Shown here piece after piece: positions 1-8,570 of a stretch of DNA of 32,000 bases. The DNA is taken from the NCBI GenBank assembly GCA_041662745.1, contig JBAZRV010000007.1:2028-34027 (forward strand). The letters are read 5' to 3'. Below the pieces are notes generated by a model. It ran no database searches. It worked only from the letters and a program-made list of their open reading frames with translations, and was not told the DNA's origin. Every line of letters starts with the position of its first letter. Within the stretch, counting starts at the first letter, position 1. The stretch is from Patescibacteria group bacterium (GTDB lineage Bacteria; Patescibacteriota; Patescibacteriia; 2-01-FULL-39-33). Both the position numbers and the translations under genes were made by a program.

Positions 1-348
1 AATCAGAAACACATAATCAACATCAGCATTCTTATCCAAAAACTCCGCTTGCTCCAGGGTGCGCGGAAAACCGTCCATGGCATAGCCCAAACGGCAATCA
101 TCTTGGTTGATTCTGTCAGCCACTAAACGATTAACCAGTTCCGTGGGCACCAATTGACCCTTATCCATATAACCCATAACTTCGGCGGCCAAAGGATTGG
201 CAGTGTCTGATTTAATGGCATGCAAAATAACCCCGGTAGAGATATGCGGAATATCAAAAGTCTTAGCGATTAATTCGGTTTGCGTCCCCTTGCCGGAAAC
301 CGGCGGACCTAACACAATCAATTCAAATGGCTTCTCATTCTTGTTCAT
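1..348 (-). CDS. adk: adenylate kinase, N-terminal part (gene continues past the left edge)
   Basis: Own translation from the minus-strand ATG at 348..346: MNKNEKPFELIVLGPPVSGKGTQTELIAKTFDIPHISTGVILH...MDKGQLVPTELV...GYAMDGFPRT. P-loop and NMP-binding motifs are present. It follows secY as in spc operons. It is not in the ORF track because no stop lies in the window. Confidence 0.9.
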   Translation of the reverse strand, partial: MNKNEKPFELIVLGPPVSGKGTQTELIAKTFDIPHISTGVILHAIKSDTANPLAAEVMGYMDKGQLVPTELVNRLVADRINQDDCRLGYAMDGFPRTLEQAEFLDKNADVDYVFLI

Positions 349-408
349 AATTGTCTTAAATTTAATTGTATTTATATTACTATCCTACCCTATTTATCAG
401 TGAAAAGC

Positions 409-435
409 AAAGACGCGACCTTATGCCGCGTCTTT
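409..435 (-). terminator. hairpin after secY (9-bp stem AAAGACGCG/CGCGTCTTT)
   Basis: Perfect 9-bp inverted repeat. On the minus strand it is followed by GCTTTTCAC, a weak U-tract. Confidence 0.45.
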
Positions 436-472
436 ATTTTATAATTAAATTATAATTGATATTTAACTATAT

Positions 473-500
473 GCCATTAGCTATAAACTATACGCCATTT
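473..500 (-). repeat. heptamer-phased array abutting the secY stop
   Basis: Plus strand: GCCATTA GCTATAA ACTATAC GCCATTT. On the sense strand, TAG, TAG and TAA triplets close all three frames. Confidence 0.6.
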
Positions 501-1776
501 ATATCTCTTCGTAATCCCTCATAGCCAATTGGGCGTTAATTTGGCTTACTATCTCAATAACCACGGAAACTACGATCAGCAATGAAGTGCCGCCAATAGC
601 CATATTTCTGGTACCGGTCAAGCCGGCAGTAACCATTGGCAGAACAGCGATAATACCTAAAAATAAGGCGCCGGTTAAAACAATCCGTGACACGATATTT
701 TGCAAGTATTCCGCCGTTGGCTTACCCGGCCTGGTGCCGGGAACAAAACCGCCCTGTTTCTGCAGATTCTCCGCCACCTGATCGGGATGAAAAACCACGG
801 CCGTGTAAAAATAAGTGAAGGCGACGACTAAAACGAAATAACTGATGCCGTAAAACCATTGGTTGCCAAATAGCATGATCACCCATTGGGCGGCATGAGC
901 AATGACTTCGGTTTTCGCTTGAGTAAACAATTGAGCCAGGGTCTGAGGCATAATGATCAAAGAGATGGCAAAAATAATGGGGATAACGCCGGCCATATTG
1001 ACACGCAAAGGCAAATGGCTGGAGGCGCCGCCCACGGTTCTACCGCCGCGCATTTGTCGGGCATACTGCACTGGAATGTTGCGTTGGCCCTCGGTAATAA
1101 TGACCACGCCGATAATCGTCACTAAAGCGATAACGGCGAAGACTGCGGTATTGATGATTTCCGCTTGAGTATAATTATTGACTGTTTGAGTAAAAACGCT
1201 GGGCAAACGGGAGACGATGCCGGCAAAAATCAATAACGATATGCCATTGCCTATTTTCTTTTCGGAAATAAGCTCGCCCAGCCACATAACAAAAATCGTA
1301 CCGGCGGTAATGGAGACTACGGCGACTAACATGTTCATCGGGGTGAAAGAAGCGAACAAAGCGGCTCCGCCGGCTTTGCGCAACAATTGGATCATGGCCA
1401 CGGACTGCACGATAGCCAAGGGCACGGTCAGCCAGCGCGTCCACATATTGATTTTATTGCGCCCATACTCCCCCTCCTTGGATAATTCCTCCAAAGAAGG
1501 CACCACCATGGTCAAGAGCTGAAAAATAATGGAAGAAGTAATATAAGGAGCAACGGACATCATGGCGATAGAAAAATTACTCATGCCGCCGCCGGAAAAG
1601 ATATTCATTAAGCCCAAAATCTGGTTATTGTCAAAAATCCGCTTCAAGCCGGTCGCGTCGATTCCCGGTATGGGAATGGTGGCGGCGATGCGAGAAACAA
1701 CCAAGATGCCCAACACGAATAAGATGCTGTTGCGTAAATCCTTGAGTTTCCAAATTTGGCTGAACTTTTCAAACAT
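499..1776 (-). CDS. secY: preprotein translocase subunit SecY
   Basis: 425 aa, polytopic membrane protein with SecY-type sequence (…GISLLIFAGIV…GGTSLLIVVSVV…). Positioned after rplO. Confidence 0.95.
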   Translation of the reverse strand: MFEKFSQIWKLKDLRNSILFVLGILVVSRIAATIPIPGIDATGLKRIFDNNQILGLMNIFSGGGMSNFSIAMMSVAPYITSSIIFQLLTMVVPSLEELSKEGEYGRNKINMWTRWLTVPLAIVQSVAMIQLLRKAGGAALFASFTPMNMLVAVVSITAGTIFVMWLGELISEKKIGNGISLLIFAGIVSRLPSVFTQTVNNYTQAEIINTAVFAVIALVTIIGVVIITEGQRNIPVQYARQMRGGRTVGGASSHLPLRVNMAGVIPIIFAISLIIMPQTLAQLFTQAKTEVIAHAAQWVIMLFGNQWFYGISYFVLVVAFTYFYTAVVFHPDQVAENLQKQGGFVPGTRPGKPTAEYLQNIVSRIVLTGALFLGIIAVLPMVTAGLTGTRNMAIGGTSLLIVVSVVIEIVSQINAQLAMRDYEEI

Positions 1777-1841
1777 ATATTAGATTAGTTGAAAGTCTTT
1801 AAAGTCAAAAACAGTTTAATTGTTAACTTTAGGCTTTTAAC
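1777..1841 (-). repeat. AAAGTC-family spacer (imperfect inverted repeat) between rplO and secY
   Basis: GAAAGTCTTTAAAGTCAAAAAC … GTTAACTTTAGGCTTTTAAC. Shares GTTAAAAGCC with the spacer at 5402..5498, in the opposite orientation. Confidence 0.5.
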
Positions 1842-2276
1842 TTATTTTATTTCCACTTTGCCGCCGGCTTGCTCAATAACGGCTTTAGCTGAAGCGGAGC
1901 AAGCATCAACTACGACAGTCAATTTCTTAGTCAGTTTGCCTTCACCTAGAATTTTAACCTGTTTATGTCTTTTATCCAAGAGACCATGCTGAATAAGTTT
2001 TTTAATGTCCACAATAGCGCCGGCCTCAAAGCCTTCCAATTTGCCAACGCTAACGACGGCCAATTTAGGATAAATTGACCTGAAGCCTCGTAATTTTGGC
2101 GTGGACTGGACTAAACGTTTCAATCCCAGCGCTTTCAATCCGGAAACACCGCTTCTGGCTTTTTGGCCTTTAATGCCGCGTCCGGAAAAGGAACCGCGTT
2201 TGCCGCCGCGTCCGATCTCTTTGGCTTTTTTTCTAGACCCTTTGGCGGGTTTGATATTGGATAATGATAATGACAT
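1842..2276 (-). CDS. rplO: 50S ribosomal protein L15
   Basis: 144 aa with the G/R/K-rich N-terminus GRGGKRGSFSGRGIKGQKARSG typical of uL15. Operon position fits. Confidence 0.93.
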   Translation of the reverse strand: MSLSLSNIKPAKGSRKKAKEIGRGGKRGSFSGRGIKGQKARSGVSGLKALGLKRLVQSTPKLRGFRSIYPKLAVVSVGKLEGFEAGAIVDIKKLIQHGLLDKRHKQVKILGEGKLTKKLTVVVDACSASAKAVIEQAGGKVEIK

Positions 2277-2291
2277 ACGTAATGATTTATA

Positions 2292-2319
2292 GCCTACGGC
2301 CCACGGCCCACGGCTTTAT
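2292..2319 (-). repeat. heptamer array GCCTACG GCCCACG GCCCACG GCTTTAT
   Basis: Read directly in the rpsE-rplO spacer. Confidence 0.65.
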
Positions 2320-2340
2320 AATATTGCTAAACGATGGTAA

Positions 2341-2889
2341 TTAAGCAACAACCTGAGCTTCCGCCGGTTTTTCTTCTTTCTTTTCCTTCTTGCCGAATTT
2401 AGACTTTTTCAAAATTGATAAAGCTTTAATAGTGGCGCGAATGTTATTAATTTTATTGCCGGTGCCAAAAATCTTTGAAACGACGTTCTCAATGCCGGCC
2501 AATTCCAAAACAATACGAACGGCGCCGCCGGAGATAATACCGGTACCGGGAGGAGCGGGCTTAAGCATAACTTTGGCCGCGCCAACCTTGATGTTGACTT
2601 GATGGGTTATAGTTCCTTCGTGAATCGGCACCTTGATCATGTTTTTCTCGGCTTGGCGCACGGCTTTTTGCACGGCTTGCGGCACATCCTTGGCTTTGGC
2701 CAATCCCATGCCGACACGGCCCTTGCGATCGCCGATAACCACGCAAGCGCGAAAACTCAAACGCTTGCCCCCGGCCATGACACGGGTAACGCGGGCGATT
2801 TCTACGATCGTTTGATCAAACTCCGGCTTTTCGCGCGGAGGTCTTGGACCTTTTCTTCTAAAATCTTTTTTGTTGTTATCTTTTAACAT
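2341..2889 (-). CDS. rpsE: 30S ribosomal protein S5
   Basis: 182 aa. RVTRVMAGGKRLSFRACVVIGD and GTGIISGGAVR motifs of uS5. Short K/E-rich C-terminal tail. Confidence 0.95.
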   Translation of the reverse strand: MLKDNNKKDFRRKGPRPPREKPEFDQTIVEIARVTRVMAGGKRLSFRACVVIGDRKGRVGMGLAKAKDVPQAVQKAVRQAEKNMIKVPIHEGTITHQVNIKVGAAKVMLKPAPPGTGIISGGAVRIVLELAGIENVVSKIFGTGNKINNIRATIKALSILKKSKFGKKEKKEEKPAEAQVVA

Positions 2890-2891
2890 AT

Positions 2892-3245
2892 TTATATTTT
2901 TAATCCGCCTTCTCTGGCGCCTTCGGCTAAGGCCTTGACTCGGCCATGATACTTAAATTGACCGCGATCAAACACGGCGCAAGTGATCCCTTTTGCCTTG
3001 GCTTTTTCTGCCAAAAGTTTTCCTACTGCCTGAGATTTTTCAGTTTTGCCGCCTTTGGCCTTAATCTCCAAATCAGTAGCCGCTGCAATGGTTTTGCCGC
3101 TGGCATCATCGATCAGTTGAGCTTGGATATGGCTTAAACTGCGATAAACTGAAAGCCTGGGATAAGCGGCCGTACCGGAAATCTTAGCTCGCACTCGCTT
3201 GGCTCTTCTTTCGACTCTTAAATTGTTAGCTTTGACTTTATTCAT
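2892..3245 (-). CDS. rplR: 50S ribosomal protein L18
   Basis: Trimmed to the ATG at 3245 ([24 protein letters not shown]…[26 protein letters not shown]). The longer 167-aa ORF would overlap rplF. Confidence 0.9.
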   Translation of the reverse strand: MNKVKANNLRVERRAKRVRAKISGTAAYPRLSVYRSLSHIQAQLIDDASGKTIAAATDLEIKAKGGKTEKSQAVGKLLAEKAKAKGITCAVFDRGQFKYHGRVKALAEGAREGGLKI

Positions 3246-3255
3246 AATAATGCTG

Positions 3256-3801
3256 TTATTTCGCCTTAGCTGCCGCTTTGCCGGCCTTCTTGATGAATTG
3301 CTCGCCGACATATTTAATACCCTTGCCCTTGTAAGGCTCAACTTTCTTAATGCGGCGGATTTGCGCGGCCGTCTCACCGACCAATTGCTTATCAATGCCG
3401 GATATCGTCATAATATTGGCTTCAGTGGTAATGGCAATGCCTTCAGGAATAGCATACTCTACCGGATGGGAAAAACCGACATTCAAGACAACCTTCTTGC
3501 CGCTGGCGATAAATTTTTGTCCGACGCCGGAGATTTCCAATTGTTTGCTGTAACCCTCCGTAACTCCTTTAACCATATTGCGGATTAAACTGCCGAATAA
3601 GCCCCATAGAGCGCGCTGTGATTTAACCTCCTGGTTTTCAACGCTGACTATGACAGAGTTATCTTTAACTTCGGCGGAAACTAAAGGGTGCAGTTTTTCT
3701 TGCAAACTGCCTTTGGGGCCCTTGACCGTGACCAAGCCGTCAGAAACTTTGACTTCGACTCCGGCCGGAAAGCTGATAGGATTTTTTCCGATTCTAGACA
3801 T
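3256..3801 (-). CDS. rplF: 50S ribosomal protein L6
   Basis: 181 aa, [17 protein letters not shown]… is the canonical uL6 start. Operon position fits. Confidence 0.95.
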   Translation of the reverse strand: MSRIGKNPISFPAGVEVKVSDGLVTVKGPKGSLQEKLHPLVSAEVKDNSVIVSVENQEVKSQRALWGLFGSLIRNMVKGVTEGYSKQLEISGVGQKFIASGKKVVLNVGFSHPVEYAIPEGIAITTEANIMTISGIDKQLVGETAAQIRRIKKVEPYKGKGIKYVGEQFIKKAGKAAAKAK

Positions 3802-3905
3802 ATGATTTTAGTATAGAGTTAAGGGCTTACAAAATTATTTTTATCGGATTATTTTACTGTTTCTTTAGATTTTAAATTTTATAAGCTCTTAGCGTTCAAT
3901 GATTT

Positions 3906-4307
3906 TTAGTAAACCTCGCACAAGACCTCTCCGCCCGATCCCGCCTTTTTGGCTTGACGATTAGTCATTAATCCCTGGGAAGTGGACAGAATAGCGATGC
4001 CGTAATTATTTATGACAACCGGCAAGTTATCCTTGTCAACGTAAACTCGGCGACCCGGCTTGGAAATGCGATTGATAGCGGTTATGGCCGGCTGGCCCCC
4101 TTCGTATTTTAAGGCAATATTAAGGCCGCCGAATTTATAACCTTCGGTGCCGGGCTGGATTTCCTCAAAATCAGAGATGAAGCCTTCGCGCTTTAAGATT
4201 TTGGCGATCTCCAACTTCATTTTGGAAAACGGTATGAAAACTTCGCCCTTTTTAATCCGAGAAGCATTCCGGATACGGGTTAGCATGTCTGCGATTGTAT
4301 CAGTCAT
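3906..4307 (-). CDS. rpsH: 30S ribosomal protein S8
   Basis: 133 aa, MTDTIADMLTRIRNA… is the canonical uS8 N-terminus. Confidence 0.95.
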   Translation of the reverse strand: MTDTIADMLTRIRNASRIKKGEVFIPFSKMKLEIAKILKREGFISDFEEIQPGTEGYKFGGLNIALKYEGGQPAITAINRISKPGRRVYVDKDNLPVVINNYGIAILSTSQGLMTNRQAKKAGSGGEVLCEVY

Positions 4308-4319
4308 AGATATAGTTAT

Positions 4320-4505
4320 TTACCAAGAAGATTTAGTGATGCCAGGAATCTGGCCGCTGGTAGCGAGTTCGCGGAAACAAATGCGGCAGATTTTGAAGTC
4401 ACGAATATAACCGTGACGTCGGCCGCATCTCCAGCAACGGTTGACCTTTCGGGTGGAAAACTTCGGTTTCCTTTTAGATTTAGCAATTTGCGCTTCGGTA
4501 GCCAT
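4320..4505 (-). CDS. rpsZ: 30S ribosomal protein S14 type Z (zinc-binding)
   Basis: 61 aa with [23 protein letters not shown], a CxxC…CxxC motif. Confidence 0.93.
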   Translation of the reverse strand: MATEAQIAKSKRKPKFSTRKVNRCWRCGRRHGYIRDFKICRICFRELATSGQIPGITKSSW

Positions 4506-4544
4506 AAAATATTTAAAATGAAATCTCTAGATTAGTAAAATTAA

Positions 4545-5093
4545 TTATTGTTTCTTTTGGAAGGGAAAGCCCAATAAACGGAATAATTCCCTGCCGGCCT
4601 TCTGCTCCCTGGCATTAGTGGTAACGGTAACCTGCAAGCCGTGGATGCGCTCAACTTCATCAGAACGAATTTCCGGGAAAACAATATGCTCCTTAAAGCC
4701 AACGGTTAAATTACCCTGCTTATCAACGTTCATTTCCGATATGCCGCGGAAATCACGGATGCGAGGCAAGGAAACATTGATCAGCTTGCCCAAAAAATCA
4801 TACATTCTTTGGCCGCGCAAAGTCACGACTACGCCGACCACCATGTCTTCACGAACCTTAAAGGCGGAAATGGCTTTTCTGGCTTTGGTGCGAACCGGTT
4901 TCTGACCGCTGATTCTAGTCAAGGTGTTTTCTACGGCGTCAAGAAATCCGCTATCGGTATTGCGGGAATTTATGCCGACATTCAACACCACTTTAGTGAC
5001 CTTCGGCACCGCCATAATGTTCTTGTAGCCGAATTCCTTTTGCAAAGCGGGTACGACCTCTTTTTTATATTTTTCCTGTAAACGTGATATCAT
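4545..5093 (-). CDS. rplE: 50S ribosomal protein L5
   Basis: 182 aa with uL5-like sequence (…VPKVTKVVLNVGI…RGISE…). Operon position fits. Confidence 0.94.
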   Translation of the reverse strand: MISRLQEKYKKEVVPALQKEFGYKNIMAVPKVTKVVLNVGINSRNTDSGFLDAVENTLTRISGQKPVRTKARKAISAFKVREDMVVGVVVTLRGQRMYDFLGKLINVSLPRIRDFRGISEMNVDKQGNLTVGFKEHIVFPEIRSDEVERIHGLQVTVTTNAREQKAGRELFRLLGFPFQKKQ

Positions 5094-5095
5094 AT

Positions 5096-5401
5096 TTAAA
5101 TTGTTTCTTTACATTTTTTACAAAATCTAAACTTCTTATCTTCGACTAACTTATAACCGACTCTGGCGGCTTGGCCGCACTTAGGGCAAACCAAGGCGAC
5201 TTTAGCCATGGCCACGGCGGCAGGAAACTGTATTCTTTGGCCTTTTTCTCCAGAACGCTTGGGACGCTGGTGCTTAATCAACAAATTCAAACCTTCAACC
5301 ACGACCTTATTGTCTGCGGCCATTACTTGCAGGACCTTGCCGGTTTTACCCTTGTCTTTGCCTGCCAGCATTTTTATTTTATCTCCTGTTTTTATTTTCA
5401 T
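5096..5401 (-). CDS. rplX: 50S ribosomal protein L24 (KOW domain plus C-terminal CxxC…CxxC)
   Basis: 101 aa. KIKTGDKIKMLAGKDKGKTGKV is a KOW motif. The C-terminus reads CPKCGQ…CKKCKE. Confidence 0.93.
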   Translation of the reverse strand: MKIKTGDKIKMLAGKDKGKTGKVLQVMAADNKVVVEGLNLLIKHQRPKRSGEKGQRIQFPAAVAMAKVALVCPKCGQAARVGYKLVEDKKFRFCKKCKETI

Positions 5402-5498
5402 AGTATTGTTAGTTAAAAGCCTGTAAAATCAAGTATCCGTAAGGGCGTAAAACTTTGAACTTATCTTCCGGCTTTACGGACTTTTGACTTTTAATTTT
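5402..5498 (-). repeat. AAAGTC-family structured spacer (rplN to rplX)
   Basis: 97-nt spacer. TCCGTAA/TTACGGA and flanking AAAGTC/GACTTT arms. Begins with ATTGTTAGTTAAAAG, as does the spacer at 22589..22696. Confidence 0.55.
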
Positions 5499-5867
5499 CT
5501 AAAGCACTTCCGGCGCTAAAGAAATTATTTTCTGATAACCAAGATTTCTCAGTTCCCTGGCGACCGGCCCGAAGATGCGGGTGCCGCGCATTTCTTTCTT
5601 GGCGTCAATTAAGACTACGGCGTTGTCATCAAAACGGATATAAGAACCGTCAGCGCGACGAATTTCTTTTTTAGTTCTGACTACAACTCCATGAACCACA
5701 TCGCCCTTTTTAACCGCGGAATGAGGGACGGCTTCCTTGACCGACATTGTGACAATATCGCCGATGCCGGCATAACGCTTCTTATAGCCTCCCCAGACGC
5801 GAAAAACAGCCAAGCGTTTGGCGCCGGTATTATCCGCTGATTTAACTATTGATCTTAACTGAATCAT
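5499..5867 (-). CDS. rplN: 50S ribosomal protein L14
   Basis: 122 aa, [17 protein letters not shown]… is the canonical uL14 start. Confidence 0.96.
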   Translation of the reverse strand: MIQLRSIVKSADNTGAKRLAVFRVWGGYKKRYAGIGDIVTMSVKEAVPHSAVKKGDVVHGVVVRTKKEIRRADGSYIRFDDNAVVLIDAKKEMRGTRIFGPVARELRNLGYQKIISLAPEVL

Positions 5868-5960
5868 ATAATGGTTAACTTATGAATCCTCAAGTCAAAG
5901 GCTGGCAGTTTCTAATGTTTCTACGATCTTCAACTTTACGGACTTTATGACTTTTTACTA
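5868..5960 (-). repeat. AAAGTC-family structured spacer (rpsQ to rplN)
   Basis: CTTTACGGACTTTATGACTTTTT is nearly identical to CTTTACGGACTTTTGACTTTT at 5474..5494. The partner arm is AGTCAAAGG. Confidence 0.55.
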
Positions 5961-6200
5961 TTATTTGTAGATTACCCGCCATTTTTTGTCTTTGGACAAC
6001 GGGCGGCATTCGACAAACTCCACCACATCGCCCTCATGATACTGATTCTTTTCATCATGAACCTTGAATTTGCGGCTGACTTTGTAGCGCTTGCCGTACT
6101 TGGGGTGCATCTTAAAGGATTGGATCGCCACGACCAAAGTCTTGGCCATCTTATCCGACACCACCGTACCTTTAAATTTTCTCAAAATCTTCTCAGACAT
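5961..6200 (-). CDS. rpsQ: 30S ribosomal protein S17
   Basis: 79 aa, …GTVVSDKMAKTLVV…HDEKNQYHEGDVVEFVECRPLSK is uS17-like. Confidence 0.93.
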   Translation of the reverse strand: MSEKILRKFKGTVVSDKMAKTLVVAIQSFKMHPKYGKRYKVSRKFKVHDEKNQYHEGDVVEFVECRPLSKDKKWRVIYK

Positions 6201-6216
6201 ATGTATAGGCTAATAA

Positions 6217-6405
6217 CTAATTATTTTTGGATGCTAAAGCGGTCAAAATCAAAGCGATATCCTTCTTCAAAACGCGAATCTCCCTCACGCTCTTCAACTG
6301 CCCTTGATGCACCTTGAATTTCAACTCATCCAGTTTCTTTTTGGCATCGCTAAGCAACGCTTTAAGCTCGGGGACTTCTTTTAGATTTAATTCCTTGATA
6401 TTCAT
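6217..6405 (-). CDS. rpmC: 50S ribosomal protein L29
   Basis: 62 aa helical protein between rplP and rpsQ, with an uL29-like sequence. Confidence 0.88.
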   Translation of the reverse strand: MNIKELNLKEVPELKALLSDAKKKLDELKFKVHQGQLKSVREIRVLKKDIALILTALASKNN

Positions 6406-6406
6406 A

Positions 6407-6817
6407 TTATTGTTTCTTCACTACTTTTGCTTTAAGCGGCAATTTATAAGCGGCTAAAATTAAGGCTTGCCTCGCTTCAACTTCCGGAACGCCGTCAAGT
6501 TCAAAAATAATGTTTCCCGGACGGACTGCGGCGACATACTTCTCCGGGGCGCCCTTGCCGCCACCCATAGTGGTCTGGCTGCCCTTGGCGGTTATGGCGC
6601 TATGCGGAAAAACTCTGATCCAACTCTTGCCGCCACGGCGAATATACTTAGCCAAAACACGTCGCGCCGCTTCCAATTGTTGCGCTGACACCCAAGCGGC
6701 AGTCGTCGCTTTAAGTCCGAACGAACCGAAAGCTACGTAATTGCCGGAAGTGGCAATGCCGTCGGTGACATCGGGACGATGTTGTTTTCTATGGGCTAAT
6801 TTTTTAGGCATCAACAT
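6407..6817 (-). CDS. rplP: 50S ribosomal protein L16
   Basis: 136 aa, MLMPKKLAHRKQHR… is the canonical uL16 start. Confidence 0.95.
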   Translation of the reverse strand: MLMPKKLAHRKQHRPDVTDGIATSGNYVAFGSFGLKATTAAWVSAQQLEAARRVLAKYIRRGGKSWIRVFPHSAITAKGSQTTMGGGKGAPEKYVAAVRPGNIIFELDGVPEVEARQALILAAYKLPLKAKVVKKQ

Positions 6818-6825
6818 ATATTGGT

Positions 6826-6853
6826 ACTTATAGCTTATGGCTTATGGCAATGA
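6826..6853 (-). repeat. heptamer array ACTTATA GCTTATG GCTTATG GCAATGA
   Basis: The sense strand reads CATAAGC CATAAGC TATAAGT, so three TAA spaced 7 nt apart hit all three frames. GGCTTAT (6839..6845) pairs with ATAAGCC (6860..6866). Confidence 0.7.
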
Positions 6854-6883
6854 ATCATGATAAGCCGGTAAGGCAATTTAAAT

Positions 6884-7558
6884 TTATTCTTTATTTTTCT
6901 TATCGTTAAAAATATCTCCTTTATAAATCCACACTTTAATTCCGATAGTGCCGTAAATGGTCTGGGCAATGCCCCGGCAATAATCAATATCGGCGCGCAA
7001 GGTATGCAGGGGCACCTTGCCATACAAGAAGAGTTCGCGACGGGCAATTTCCGCTCCATCCAGGCGTCCGGTGATGATGACTTTAATGCCTTTGGCGCCG
7101 GCTTTTTCCGCCCGGCCCATCGCCTGCTTGACGACACGGCGGAACGGAATGCGTTTTTCAATATCGCCGGCCATGGACTGGATCAGGGAAGCGGAATCCA
7201 AATTAGGATCGCTCAACTCCAGAATATTGACATTGATATTTTTCAATCCCTTCTTGCGGCTGAAGTCGTCTTTAAGGAATTTATCCTTGATCTCTTTCTT
7301 CAAATCTTCGGCGCCGGAACCGCCGCGACCGATAATCAGACCAGGACGGGAGGCGTGGATATTCAAAACAATGGCATTGGGCGAGCGTTCTATTTCAACC
7401 TTAGAAATTCCTAAGTTGCGGAATTTTTTCATCACAAACCTGCGGATGCGCACATCCTGCTTCAAATACTCGGAAAAATCACTCTCCGTAAACCAACGCG
7501 ATTCCCAAGTTTTATTGATTTTTAGCCGTAAACCTTTGGCATTAACTTTTTGACCCAT
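6884..7558 (-). CDS. rpsC: 30S ribosomal protein S3
   Basis: 224 aa, MGQKVNAKGLRL…, with KH and S3-C domains. Confidence 0.95.
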   Translation of the reverse strand: MGQKVNAKGLRLKINKTWESRWFTESDFSEYLKQDVRIRRFVMKKFRNLGISKVEIERSPNAIVLNIHASRPGLIIGRGGSGAEDLKKEIKDKFLKDDFSRKKGLKNINVNILELSDPNLDSASLIQSMAGDIEKRIPFRRVVKQAMGRAEKAGAKGIKVIITGRLDGAEIARRELFLYGKVPLHTLRADIDYCRGIAQTIYGTIGIKVWIYKGDIFNDKKNKE

Positions 7559-7566
7559 AAATATTA

Positions 7567-7601
7567 GCTTATGGCTTATAGCATAGAGCTTATAGCCGAT
7601 A
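7567..7601 (-). repeat. heptamer array GCTTATG GCTTATA GCATAGA GCTTATA GCCGATA
   Basis: Read directly in the rplV-rpsC spacer. Confidence 0.7.
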
Positions 7602-7618
7602 ACTTTTTAATTCTTATT

Positions 7619-8140
7619 TTACTTACTGCCTGTTTTTCTATTTAAAATCTTAGAGGCGAAACCTTTATCGCTGGCCTTGGCCTTTTTGATCTCCTTTTGG
7701 CCTTCCTGTTTGCCGGCAATGTCTTTAAGCTCATCAAATTCTCCGGTGCCAACCTTGATTATATCAGAGGTGTCAGTCTTTTTCTCTTTTTTAACCTTGC
7801 CGGAAGCGACGATTTCCTCTAAAACCACTTTAATCTTAGATGATTCCTTGCGCAACGGGGTGGCGCGTCCAAAGGCTCGGGGTTGCCAACGTTTCAATAC
7901 CGGACCGGCATCAACAGTAATTGAGGCGATTTTCAAATTATCCGGCGTCAAATCATAATTCTCTTTAGCGTTAGCGATGGCGGATTTGAGCAATTTCAAT
8001 AAATCCTTGGCCGCCGCCTTCTGGCTAAAATTTAATTGCATCAAGGCTTTCTCTGCGGTCAAACCGTTAATCAGATTGGCTACCAACCTCACCTTGCGAT
8101 AACTTATCCTCAAATTGTTCATTTTAGCGATAACTTGCAT
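7619..8140 (-). CDS. rplV: 50S ribosomal protein L22 with a K/E-rich C-terminal extension of about 60 aa
   Basis: 173 aa with an uL22 core (…ISYRKVRLVANLING…). The tail has no counterpart in E. coli L22, which I recall as about 110 aa. Confidence 0.9.
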   Translation of the reverse strand: MQVIAKMNNLRISYRKVRLVANLINGLTAEKALMQLNFSQKAAAKDLLKLLKSAIANAKENYDLTPDNLKIASITVDAGPVLKRWQPRAFGRATPLRKESSKIKVVLEEIVASGKVKKEKKTDTSDIIKVGTGEFDELKDIAGKQEGQKEIKKAKASDKGFASKILNRKTGSK

Positions 8141-8145
8141 ATAAT

Positions 8146-8436
8146 TTAAACTTTGGCTCCCTGTTCAATGGCTTTTTGGATTTTACCGCCATGACGGAAA
8201 AACTTCTTAGTCGGAGAAAATTCTCCCAGTTTGTGGCCGACCATATTTTCTACCACAAACACCGGCAAATGTTCTTTGCCATTATGCACGCCAAAAGTCA
8301 AACCAACCATTTCCGGAGTAATCGTGCTGCTTCTAGCCCAGGTTTTAATTACAACCTTAGCGCCTTTAGGGGTGCTCTGGACTTTCTTTAACAGTTTGGG
8401 ATCGACGTAAGGACCTTTTTTAAGGCTTCTAGACAT
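8146..8436 (-). CDS. rpsS: 30S ribosomal protein S19
   Basis: 96 aa, [12 protein letters not shown]… is the canonical uS19 start. Confidence 0.96.
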   Translation of the reverse strand: MSRSLKKGPYVDPKLLKKVQSTPKGAKVVIKTWARSSTITPEMVGLTFGVHNGKEHLPVFVVENMVGHKLGEFSPTKKFFRHGGKIQKAIEQGAKV

Positions 8437-8449
8437 ATGTGTTAATAAT

Positions 8450-8559
8450 CAATAATCAAGACACAATAATCAATTTTCATTTCTTGATTTATTCTTTAAT
8501 TATTGTATTTTATTTATTGTATCTTATTTAATCTTTTGGTTATTGTATCTTGGTTATTG
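8450..8559 (-). repeat. 24-nt inverted repeat, with a tandem 14-mer, in the 134-nt rplB-rpsS spacer
   Basis: CAATAATCAAGACACAATAATCAA (8450..8473) against TTGGTTATTGTATCTTGGTTATTG (8536..8559). 21 of 24 positions are complementary and all three mismatches are transitions. GGTTATTGTATCTT occurs twice in tandem. Confidence 0.7.
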
Positions 8560-8570
8560 TATCTTATTCT

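Noticed and set aside
2892-3395. Longer N-terminal versions of ORF-track entries: rplR 167 aa, rplW 199 aa, rplD 252 aa, tuf 405 aa, receiver 141 aa, 25085..25351 at 88 aa, 20528..20851 at 107 aa
   Set aside because: The extensions overlap the upstream gene or begin at non-ATG codons. Internal ATGs give products that start at the conserved family N-termini.
8441-8565. Whether the tandem 7-nt and 14-nt repeats are a CRISPR array
   Set aside because: The units are 7-14 nt with no unique spacers, and there are no cas genes. This is incompatible with CRISPR.
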